The notes beneath the pieces were generated by a model, which saw only the letters and a list, made by a program, of their open reading frames with translations, was not told the DNA's origin and ran no database searches. The position numbers and the translations under genes are program-made. From positions 1 to 20,209 of the forward strand of contig JBHGNT010000575.1 of the NCBI GenBank assembly GCA_043228905.1: DNA of 20,209 nt. The letters are read 5' to 3'. Source of the stretch: Azolla caroliniana. Taxonomy: Eukaryota > Plantae > Polypodiophyta. Shown here one piece after another: positions 9,970-18,826 of the stretch; position 1 is the stretch's first letter, and each line of letters begins with the position of its first letter.

Positions 9970-10470
9970 GCGAAGGAAGAGGCGAGTTGAATTCGGAAGA
10001 AGGCCTACAAGTTCTTCCTCCAGAACGGTAAAATATGGAGGCACCCGAAGAAACGGATTGGTGCACCACTCCGGCTGGTGACGAGGAAGAGCACACAATC
10101 GATGCTTGTGTCGGAATTCCACAAGAGCCCTTGGTCTGGATACCGAGGAATGTAGGCAATGTTCGATAAGCTAAAAGAGAAGTACTGGTGGTCAGGGATG
10201 TATCATGATGTGCATCACTTCGTGACGACGTGAGAAAGTTGTCACATGCATTCCAGAATCCGGCACCGAGACGAGTTACTCCTAACCTACCCGCCAACCA
10301 TACACTTCAAGTGGATGGTCGACTTAGTGACAATGCCAATGGGGGCAGGTCAGATGAGGTACCCAGTGCTTGCAAAAGAAGATCTGACGAACCAGGTTGA
10401 GGGTCAGGCCTTAACGACCAAGACAACTACCACGGTTTTTCGGTTCCTAATCAAAGATGTGATTTGTCAG
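9970..10470 (+). pseudogene. Continuation of the gypsy pol: integrase N-terminal zinc-binding region and start of the core
   Basis: AKEEAS*IRKKAYKFFL...EFHKSPWSG...KYWWSGMYHDV...ESCHMH...KWMVDLVTMP...EDLTNQVEG. It continues the protein broken at 7748, and the 9 nt at 8496-8504 plausibly belong to the same host frame. Confidence 0.9.
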
Positions 10471-10898
10471 TGTTGAGAATCAAGGTCAACATAGGGCACG
10501 TGTGAACACACCTTTTGAGAGTCTATAATTACTCAAAGGTCAAGAGTCACACCACTACTCTCTACACATAACTAATGAGTTACATATTCCCCATGACTAT
10601 GAGTCTTCACATTCCCCAAGAGAGAGTGGTTGTTGTAGTTAGTTAATGAAGAGAGAGGGTGACTATATATAAAGCACCCTTCTCCTACTTCATACTAAGT
10701 CGGTTGTGACTCCTTGTTATGCTACATTTTGTAAATCTTATTCTACATGTGAAATATGCACCTTCTTCTTGAGTATTCTATTTTCCTCCCATTTATCTAT
10801 CTTGAGTTCTCTTTTCTCTCCTCTCTTTTTCTCTGACATATATACGCACATAACGCACATCTATTCCGTTGCACAAGAATCACCATCGATTCTTTACA
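10471..10898 (+). mobile_element. Isolated copia LTR (428 bp) related to the LTRs at 374 and 4752
   Basis: TGTTGAGAATCAAGGTCAACA start, TCTTTACA end, TATATATAAA at 10664-10673; flanks GTCAG and GTATC do not match. Confidence 0.88.
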
Positions 10899-11381
10899 GT
10901 ATCTAACCATCTCCAGACCCAACCTCAGTTATCCGGTCGGCCTCCTTAACCAGTTCACGCAGACTCCGCATGACATTCACCTTGATTGTGTTAAGCGAGT
11001 ACTAAGGTATATAAATGGACCCATGGATTACGACATCCTCGACAATTCCGCCACACCAATTCGACGACTCGAAGGGTACACCGATGCCGACTGGGTCGGC
11101 TACAAAGCCAACAGACGATCACGTGTAGTAAGAAGCAACTGACAGTCGCAATGTTGAACACGGAAGCAGAATACGGGGGCGCAACCATTGCAACATGCGA
11201 AGCCATTTGGCTGAAAGGAATCCTGAAGGATCTGGGCGTTCCCATCAGGAATCTGATTCTCCTCCCCTACGACAACATGAGCAGTATCCACCTCGACCGC
11301 AACCCAGCCTTTCACGCTTAGAACAAGCACATTGAGGCACACTATCACTTCATCTGAGGGCATGTCCTGGCCGGAGACATC
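10899..11381 (+). pseudogene. GC-rich copia RT C-terminus / RNase H fragment
   Basis: YLTISRPNLSYPVG, EGYTDADWVG, SKKQLTVAMLNTEAEY, KHIEAHYHFI; internal deletion between RRS and SKKQ. Confidence 0.93.
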
Positions 11382-11972
11382 ACTTCCACAACAAATATCG
11401 AAGAGATTACAAAATAGAATGCAAAGCCTTCTTTGTCCACGGTAGCAATGGCAAGTAATATAATATGATAGGTTCCATAATACATTGTACAACCTTCAAA
11501 TGTACATGAAATGGCCAAGATTGTGATTTCCAATACATGAACTTATCCCTCAACTTACTAGACATCCATTCAATCAATTGACCATTTGTAACATTCATTC
11601 CTAATGGATAGCCCAAGTGTCAAAAAATAGAGTCTTTCTTCACCACGGATCCTTGCCATCCTAAACATTCCAAATCCATTTCAGTACATGATATGAGACT
11701 AGACTTCCTCCAATTAATATGCAATCCGGAAGCCAATGCAAATTGGTTCCATACAAGCATCCCCTTCTCAAGACTTGTAGAAACATGAAAGAATCATCAG
11801 CCAAAGCTTGTGCAACTAGTTGCCCTCCAGACGGAAGGTGTAGACCCACAATATCACCATTTGTTGTAAGCCTTGATAGCATCACTAATAAGGGATGAGT
11901 AACAATAGCAAACAACAACGGGCTAATAGGGCATCCTTGACGAATGGATCTTGTAAGGGCAATATCTGATGT
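11382..11972 (-). pseudogene. L1-clade LINE ORF2, RT 3' part (3'-truncated)
   Basis: SIRQGCPISPLLF, ALADDS, LGYPLG; joins VMLNGGVTSDI across the hAT insertion. Confidence 0.92.
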
Positions 11973-12105
11973 CATAGTTCTAGCCATACGTCTCATTCGT
12001 GTCATACTCAAACGCCAATATTCGTATCATACTCATATGTGAAAAGGCTCCAAGTATGATTGAAATCCATACGTGGTACATAGATATATACATATGGTGT
12101 ACATA

Positions 12106-12107
12106 GT

Positions 12108-12156
<49 letters not shown>
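12106..12156. repeat. Compound (TG)n(AG)n microsatellite
   Basis: Read directly; related TG/AG blocks recur at 16615-16770 within the same hAT element. Confidence 0.95.
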
Positions 12157-12467
12157 CGTGTGTGGTCTAGAGAGAGAAGCCTTGTTTTGCATGTGTGAGG
12201 AGACAGTGGTTTAGTGTATATCTAGACTCTAGAGAGAGAAAGAAGAAAGAAAGAAGAAGAAAGATATATTAACGTCTTCTAAGGCCAAAATTGGCCCATG
12301 AGACAAAAGGTGTACAACAAAAATGGGATATTTACCCATTCATCGAAAGTAAAAATAAAAATAAGATAAAATAGGGTTTAAGCTAAATAGTTCTAAGAAA
12401 ACAACAAACATGTTCTATATAAAAAAACATGTTCTACAATGAGAATGATTCTATACTAGGCCTAATT

Positions 12468-15400
12468 TCATTTCCATCCAAGTCTCTCGAAGAGAAGCGG
12501 GGGGTCAAAGGGTTGCCATGATGTGGATGTGGCCCGTGGTCCCCATGTAAGAGGTACCCCAACCATAGCTTCGAGTCGACGTAGCTCACGTTCCCTTATC
12601 TTCTTAATCTTTTCTACTCCACGTTGACTTGTGTTGAAGCCCAACATCCGAGGACGTTTGGTTGCTCTTTGTATTTCTGCTTCCTCAAGGGAGAGGCCGA
12701 GCGGCATAAGTGTATCCACATTCATCGTCTCCCCATGTTCCTGAAAAATTACACTAGGTACATGTTGATGAGTAGTAAAAGGGTTATGATTAACACTTTG
12801 TAATTTATCCTCCCTATGTTGTTTTAGCTCTAAGATATACCTACCTAGTCTCTTTACACTCGGGGTATCTAATAGTTTGGAGAGGGTGGGAGAGGGTCCT
12901 AGTATGTCTTGGTATTCCGCCCGTATCTCGGCATAAGTTGGGCACTTGCATGTGAAGTGATACTCATCCTCTATCTCTATGTGGCATAACCTACATAGCC
13001 TTTCCTCTCTAGGGACTCTATTAGCTCGACCATTCTCAATCTCAAGTTGGTGAGATGATATCCTAAGTTGTCCAATGGCCACCCTTAGTGCATTTGATAA
13101 GAAAGTATCTAGGTATCTTGGTCGTGTAATAAACCCTAACTTAGAGAAGTGCAAGAAGTGTTCCTTATAGTACACCATTTTAGATGGGAGTGGCTCTCGT
13201 GGGGTGATCCATTTGTATCGAGTGTAGATTTGCCATATTTCTTGGCGTATCACTTTATTACGATCTTCACGAGAGATTAAAGTTTGATCAGTCCCATGGT
13301 TGTACTTAAGGGGAGGTAGGTTATTAATGTCTATGCCATTTGCAAATAACCAACTCACCACAATGCTATACCAAGAGTTGGTGTCTCCAGACACATGTAA
13401 GGATCGGGATGCCTCAAAGGCTCGACGGGATATCCTATCTTGTGGTTGACTATGTATCCGATGAATAAAAGCTACCACTTGAAAGAGTGCTTCTACTAAC
13501 ATCACGGGTAGGCTAAACTCCGCTCTAATAATGTCATGTGGTACTGTCGATTTGCTTCGGAGTTGACGTGATAACATCACCACTAAAGGTCTCTCCAATT
13601 GCGTCCACATGAAAGATGGTAGACCTGGAGCCCATACTACTGATGCATACATGAGGGACGGGGTCACTAATGAGTCGAAAAGCCATCCCTTAGTCCGTGG
13701 CTCTTGAAAGTATGCTTGGTGGCATTGTCTCTCTAAGAGTGAGAGGGATGCATATCCTCTCGTTAGCCTATCTTTGGCTGCCTGGGTCATCGAGAATTTA
13801 CCTGAGCGAGCACTAAAAGTGACTCCCAAGTATACATAAGATCCCACCACCTCAACTAGTTTATGAGAGAGGATGAGGTGACATTTACTCCTAACTCTGG
13901 ACGATGTATGAAAGATAAGGACTTTAGTTTTCGCTAGATTCACTACCAGTCCTCGTTGTGTACAAAAGTCATCTAGGGCATTAAGATGCTTTTGTAGGTC
14001 GTGTTCCGACTCCGAGAGCAAGACAATGTCGTCTGCGTAGAGTAAGAGACTAACTTGCGTATCCCCAATAGCCACTCCTTTGCCTCCCTTACGAGCAATA
14101 AAATCAGTGATCTCATCAATGTAGATCCCAAAAAGAGTCGGTGATAGGGGGCAACCCTGTTTTACACCAATGGTGCTAGTGAAACAATCGGATAGGCCAC
14201 CTGGGCATCTTACGCGCCCATAGACTTGCTCATATAGGGCATAAATGGCCCAAATCATGTCATTTGGTATCTCCAAGCTCTTAAGTCTATCAAACAACCT
14301 CTCCCTAGGAACTGTATCAAAGGCTTTGCGAAAGTCCACAAAGCAACAATATAGTTTCTTCTTACGAGCCTTTGTTTGGTCAATTAAGCACCTAAGTGTG
14401 AAGATGTGGTCAATAGTGGAGAAGGCTCGTCTAAAGCCAGCCTGCTCAGGTGCTCGAAGACTTAATGTTTCCATATAATCACTGAGCTCCGCTTCCATTA
14501 CTGCACCATATAGTTTAGCAAGCGTATGACCTATCATAATGGTCCTATATGTATTTGGGTCCATTGGGTCCCCTCCTTTATGTATAGGGGCCACAGTGTT
14601 CATGGCCCATTGTGGTGGAAAACCCTCGGCGAGGGCGCGGTTGAAGATTAGAGTGAGAAGGGGAGCTAGGCACTCTCGAGCATATATGATGTGCTCGGCT
14701 CGCAATCCTGTGTGGTCCATGGATTTCCTATGTTGTAATTTTTTTATGACCTTCGTGACCCTAGAGGTCGTGAAAAGTGTCCCCATGGTAGGTCGAGGTG
14801 TGGAGGGCATTGGAATGGGTGGTTGGTTCGGGACATGGTAGAGTCTCTCGGTATATGTGTGCCAAATATTGGGATCCTCGATGGGTGTTTGTGGTCTCGG
14901 TTCCCGTAGTCTCTTCCATGCAAGGGCACAATCCCTACTCATGAGCATATGGTAGAGTTCCCAATATTGAGATGCTTCCCAAGCTCGTCTTTTACGACGT
15001 GTCATCTTGCGCATCTCTTTGCGAGCCTGTACTAAGGAGATAGTACCACTGAGTCGCGATACTTTAAGTTGTCTATACAACTCTCTACAATCCTCGTCAT
15101 ACCACTTGTTTTGTGGCATAGACCCTATTCTACTATGATTGGAGTCTTTCGTGTATGGGAAGCTACTAGTGGCGGCTGAGTGAAGGATGTGTGTGAGTTT
15201 TGTAGTGAGGTTCTCTAAAGGCAAGGAAGAATCAAACGAGGAAAGATGGGCTTGAACATGTCGAGAGTAGATGTCCGCGAGCTCATGCGTGAAATGTATT
15301 ATAGTGTGATGGGTTGGTTTACTAGAGTTGGTGGTGTGGGAGGTGTCACATTTTAGCTCAAAGTATAGGAAGGTATGGTCTGCCCCAATGGGGCATGGGG

Positions 15401-16214
15401 CCACCCGGAAGGAGCTAACCATGTGGGTAGCTTCAGGGCGTCCTATTAGATAATCAACGGTGCTTTCCCCTCCTCCATGTGGGAAACATGTGAGCTCCTC
15501 CGAGCCCGGCCACTTGGCTAAGCCATTATATATGATCATCTGGTGTCGGCTTCCAAGTTCAAGCAGATGATGGCCAAAGCTTGTGGCATCCGCACCTTGA
15601 TCCTTCGATGTACGTGTTATGCCTAAGGCTAAAGGGTCGACATTCACCATTTCTAGGTTTCTATCCATCTGAAATATTGTGCATTGTCGGGACTGGGTTC
15701 TCGCATTGAAATCTCCTACCAGGAAGACTTCCCCTTGAGAAGAATATCGGATTATGTCATCCGACAAAGGTTCGTATGGAGAAGGCCCATGTGGCGTTCC
15801 TTCATCAACTATACTCGCCTCTCCAGCCATATTGTAGCGGGACCCTTTCGGGGGGAAGTAACAAACTACGATAAATATCACCTGATCCTTACTAGTGAGG
15901 ACTTTCACCCACATAAAACGGGCTTCTGGGTCTGACTTTAGTATTTCTATCCTATTATTTATCTCTTTCCGAAATAATATCGCAACCCCCCCAGACCCTC
16001 TAGTAGTGTGTCGACGTGAGGTTTGTCTAAAGACAGATTCCCAACGAAAACCGTCAACTCGTGGCAGTCCTCGATTTGGGCTTTGATGTGTTTCTACTAC
16101 AAAAAGAATATCAGATACTTTCAAAATCTCCTCTAGACGGCCAGGATGTGTCCAAAGTGCGCCGTTACAGTTCCATAAAGTGATCCTAAGTTTATTATCT
16201 GTCACATGGGCCAC
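12468..16214 (-). CDS. LINE ORF2: apurinic-like endonuclease, reverse transcriptase and C-terminal CCHC zinc finger (1248 codons, uninterrupted)
   Basis: WNCNG, VETH, GDFNAR, STVDY, ADH; EQAGFR, FVDFRKAFDTV, GVKQGCPLSPTLF, LLYADDIVL, YLGV; LRISSHQLEIENGR...CRLC...EDEYHFTCKCPTY. The listed start is GTG, not ATG. Confidence 0.97.
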   Translation of the reverse strand: MAHVTDNKLRITLWNCNGALWTHPGRLEEILKVSDILFVVETHQSPNRGLPRVDGFRWESVFRQTSRRHTTRGSGGVAILFRKEINNRIEILKSDPEARFMWVKVLTSKDQVIFIVVCYFPPKGSRYNMAGEASIVDEGTPHGPSPYEPLSDDIIRYSSQGEVFLVGDFNARTQSRQCTIFQMDRNLEMVNVDPLALGITRTSKDQGADATSFGHHLLELGSRHQMIIYNGLAKWPGSEELTCFPHGGGESTVDYLIGRPEATHMVSSFRVAPCPIGADHTFLYFELKCDTSHTTNSSKPTHHTIIHFTHELADIYSRHVQAHLSSFDSSLPLENLTTKLTHILHSAATSSFPYTKDSNHSRIGSMPQNKWYDEDCRELYRQLKVSRLSGTISLVQARKEMRKMTRRKRRAWEASQYWELYHMLMSRDCALAWKRLREPRPQTPIEDPNIWHTYTERLYHVPNQPPIPMPSTPRPTMGTLFTTSRVTKVIKKLQHRKSMDHTGLRAEHIIYARECLAPLLTLIFNRALAEGFPPQWAMNTVAPIHKGGDPMDPNTYRTIMIGHTLAKLYGAVMEAELSDYMETLSLRAPEQAGFRRAFSTIDHIFTLRCLIDQTKARKKKLYCCFVDFRKAFDTVPRERLFDRLKSLEIPNDMIWAIYALYEQVYGRVRCPGGLSDCFTSTIGVKQGCPLSPTLFGIYIDEITDFIARKGGKGVAIGDTQVSLLLYADDIVLLSESEHDLQKHLNALDDFCTQRGLVVNLAKTKVLIFHTSSRVRSKCHLILSHKLVEVVGSYVYLGVTFSARSGKFSMTQAAKDRLTRGYASLSLLERQCHQAYFQEPRTKGWLFDSLVTPSLMYASVVWAPGLPSFMWTQLERPLVVMLSRQLRSKSTVPHDIIRAEFSLPVMLVEALFQVVAFIHRIHSQPQDRISRRAFEASRSLHVSGDTNSWYSIVVSWLFANGIDINNLPPLKYNHGTDQTLISREDRNKVIRQEIWQIYTRYKWITPREPLPSKMVYYKEHFLHFSKLGFITRPRYLDTFLSNALRVAIGQLRISSHQLEIENGRANRVPREERLCRLCHIEIEDEYHFTCKCPTYAEIRAEYQDILGPSPTLSKLLDTPSVKRLGRYILELKQHREDKLQSVNHNPFTTHQHVPSVIFQEHGETMNVDTLMPLGLSLEEAEIQRATKRPRMLGFNTSQRGVEKIKKIRERELRRLEAMVGVPLTWGPRATSTSWQPFDPPLLFERLGWK

Positions 16215-16220
16215 ACGCCG

Positions 16221-16607
16221 TCAATTGGCGGCACGATCATTTATTATGACACGTCCGTCCCGGTAGAAAGCACGATGCCCCTCTTTACGAGCTTGTATGA
16301 CTCGTGGCATACAAGTTGTACGATGCTCAATTTGCATCTTGGTCAAGTCTTCATCGAGGTAGATAGGCTCCCCGCCCAAGCCTCGAAGAATTGGTCTCTT
16401 TTTAAAAAAGGCGATTCTAGATTCTGAGTCCTTAAACTGAAGGACTAAAGCTCTTTTCCTAGTTGTGTCACGCCCTACCCTCCAGGTTTTAGTGATTGGT
16501 AGGGCTTCGTACCCTAACATTTTCCCTAATGTTTGTGCATCTTCATCCGGAGATGCCCCTTCCTTGAGCCCAGTAACTCGTACATTTAGGCGTCGAGCTT
16601 GACGCAT
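16221..16607 (-). CDS. LINE ORF1 (RRM + CTD, Transposase_22 / L1-ORF1p-like), N-terminal coiled coil absent
   Basis: RRLNVRVTGLKE, WRVGR...RALVLQF, IYLDEDLT, AFYRDGRVIIN match the ORF1p RRM/CTD signature. Confidence 0.85.
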   Translation of the reverse strand: MRQARRLNVRVTGLKEGASPDEDAQTLGKMLGYEALPITKTWRVGRDTTRKRALVLQFKDSESRIAFFKKRPILRGLGGEPIYLDEDLTKMQIEHRTTCMPRVIQARKEGHRAFYRDGRVIINDRAAN

Positions 16608-16614
16608 TTTTTTC

Positions 16615-16648
<34 letters not shown>

Positions 16649-16916
16649 GAGCTATGGGTTTTGTCTGTGTGAGGGAGTGTGTAATATGTATATTAGATAT
16701 CTAGATTTTGTAGAGAGAGAAGATCTGTCAGTTCTCGTGTGTGTGTGAGAGAGAGGGTGTGTGTGTGTCAGACGTCACTTCTATTCACAAAGAATTATGA
16801 ATATAAAAAATTTAAAAAACCCAAAAAAGAAGAAGAAGCCAAACGAATATCGCGTACATTTGCAAACGTTCACGTACGTCCAGTAAATTGTACGTGCGTG
16901 AATATTAGGAACTATG

Positions 16917-18820
16917 TCTGATGTAACTCCTCCATTAAGCATGACTCGAGACACCGCATCTTGTCCTAATAAAAATATGAGGCGAGACATACGAGGTCCA
17001 AAGCCCATTGTATGCATTAACCCAGAAACAAAGGACCAATTAACATGATCATAAGCTTTCTCCAAATCTAATTGCACCATAATCAATTCTTGATGAGTGT
17101 TTTGAGCATAATCCATGACCATTTGAACATTAAACACATTATGCAATATATTCTTACCTGCAATAAAACCATATTGGGTGGGATGTATCAACTTTGGCAA
17201 ATACTTTTGTAAATATCTTATACAACCCCCCATCAAAGAAAAAGGTCTCCATTGATGAAATGACTCTGGAGATGCCACCTTTGGAACTAATTTAATTGGA
17301 CCAACCTTCCAAGCTTGAGGCATACAACCAGAATCCCAAGAATGTTGAAACATCAAAGTTAAGGGCCCCTTTAAAATGTGTGAATATCGCTTAAAAACTT
17401 CATTTGTCAAGCCATCCCAACTAGGGCTCTTACCATTAGGAAGATGCCTTAAAACTGTGTCCACCTCATCCTCAGTGAAATCCGCATCCAATTCATGACT
17501 AATGAGGTCATGCACAATACATCCAACCACATCATAAAACTCATGACGTGCTCTACTCACCTCATTTGTCATTAACAATTGTGAATCAACTCCTTAAAGT
17601 AATGAACACATATGTCAATTATTTTAGTAGGATCCACTATCCATTCATCACCTTGCTTCACATGTACCACATTAGATCGAGTATAAGTAGGATGAAATGC
17701 TTGGAAAAACAAATGGGATTGACATTGATTATCTATGAGCCCGTCCCTCAATTGTCGCATCTTTGCATAACAATAACTTTGGCATTGCAACTGAGAAGTA
17801 ATAACATGCAAACTTTGGATATCCAAAAGCTCCTCATCTAAAGGTACACATATCAATAATGCATTACACCTAGAGAGAACTTGTGAGAATTTTAGAAGAA
17901 GACCTCTTCTTCGTTGGGCATTAGTTACTCCATACATACGATGAACGATCTTAATATTTCATAATGTAATACCCCATGCTTTAACTCCTTTAAGATTCAC
18001 TTCTTGTGAAAAATTTACCAAAATTTGCTCCATGAGAGAATCAAAGTGAGGTTGAAGCAAAAGAGAAGAGTTAAAGCGTAATGGAGGCTTTCCAAGTAAG
18101 GATTTATACATGTCAATTGCATGACCACAAACCTCCAAACAAATAGGAAAGTGATCTGAAGTTCCTACATCTTGTAAAACTGTCATACGAAGTGATGTCG
18201 GTAAAAAAGAATCATTGTGCATCACATACATTCTATTTAACCAACTCCATGTTTGTCTATGTTGAGCAGATTGGAAACTAAAACCTGGATCATTCCCATG
18301 CAACCATGTCCAAACATCCAACTTCAAAACCTCCATAGCCAATGAATCCCAAACAAGTTGCTTAGGATCATCCATGATTGAATGTTCAGACGTAGATTGA
18401 GATGCATCAACACACATGTTAAAATCACCCATAAGTAATCCTAGACGGCCCACACATAGGGTTTGACAAAGTGAGCCCCATAATGCAATATGTTGAGTGG
18501 CTTGGTTAGGGGCATAAATCCCAACCACCACACAACCTCGCCAAAAAAAGTGATTTCTAGAACCAAAAACCGACCATAAGGATCATTATGCACCACCTGA
18601 GGAAAATACTTATCTCGCACGATTAATACCACACCTGAATAATGATTATTAAGATGTCCTGCATAGAATGATGAATATCCACGCAAATGAACTGTGGATT
18701 ATGCTAACTCATGACACTTATGCTCAATTGCACAGAATATATCCCATTCTTTACTTAATAAAGTTTGCCATAATATATACTTCTTATGAGGAGAACATGC
18801 CCCTCTCACATTCCATGTTA
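16917..18820 (-). pseudogene. L1-clade LINE ORF2, endonuclease and N-terminal RT (degenerate)
   Basis: SGVVLIV, GRFLVL, GIYAPN, MGDFN, TSDHFPI, KSPSWDGL, QWRPFSL, QYGFIAGK, LDLEKAYDHVNW; multiple frameshifts. Confidence 0.93.
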
Positions 18821-18826
18821 CCACTT

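Larger units (their letters stand above)
12237..16613 (-). mobile_element. Young non-LTR retrotransposon (APE-RT LINE, RTEX/RTE-X-like), probably 5'-truncated within ORF1
   Basis: ORF1 remnant, intact ORF2, a 3' UTR of about 200 bp with hairpins, and a (TTC/CTTT)n tail instead of poly(A). The clade call rests on motif resemblance. Confidence 0.88.
11973..16916. mobile_element. Non-autonomous hAT-type element (about 0.58 kb of its own sequence) carrying a nested LINE
   Basis: TIR CATAGTTC(C)TA at both ends; perfect 8-bp TSD TCTGATGT (11965-11972 and 16917-16924); subterminal ATTCGT/TACG motifs; internal TG/AG microsatellites. Confidence 0.92.

Noticed and set aside
11785-11812. LADD instead of YADD/FADD in the L1 RT
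   Set aside because: The copy is heavily decayed, so a family-level variant cannot be told from mutation here.
11661-12192. ORF N-termini MSMTRMRRMARTM and LSLSLSHTHTHT
   Set aside because: These are artefacts of reading through the hAT end and the microsatellite.
16608-16625. Target-site duplication for the RTEX-like LINE
   Set aside because: Both flanks are low-complexity GA/TG sequence and no unambiguous duplication can be read.
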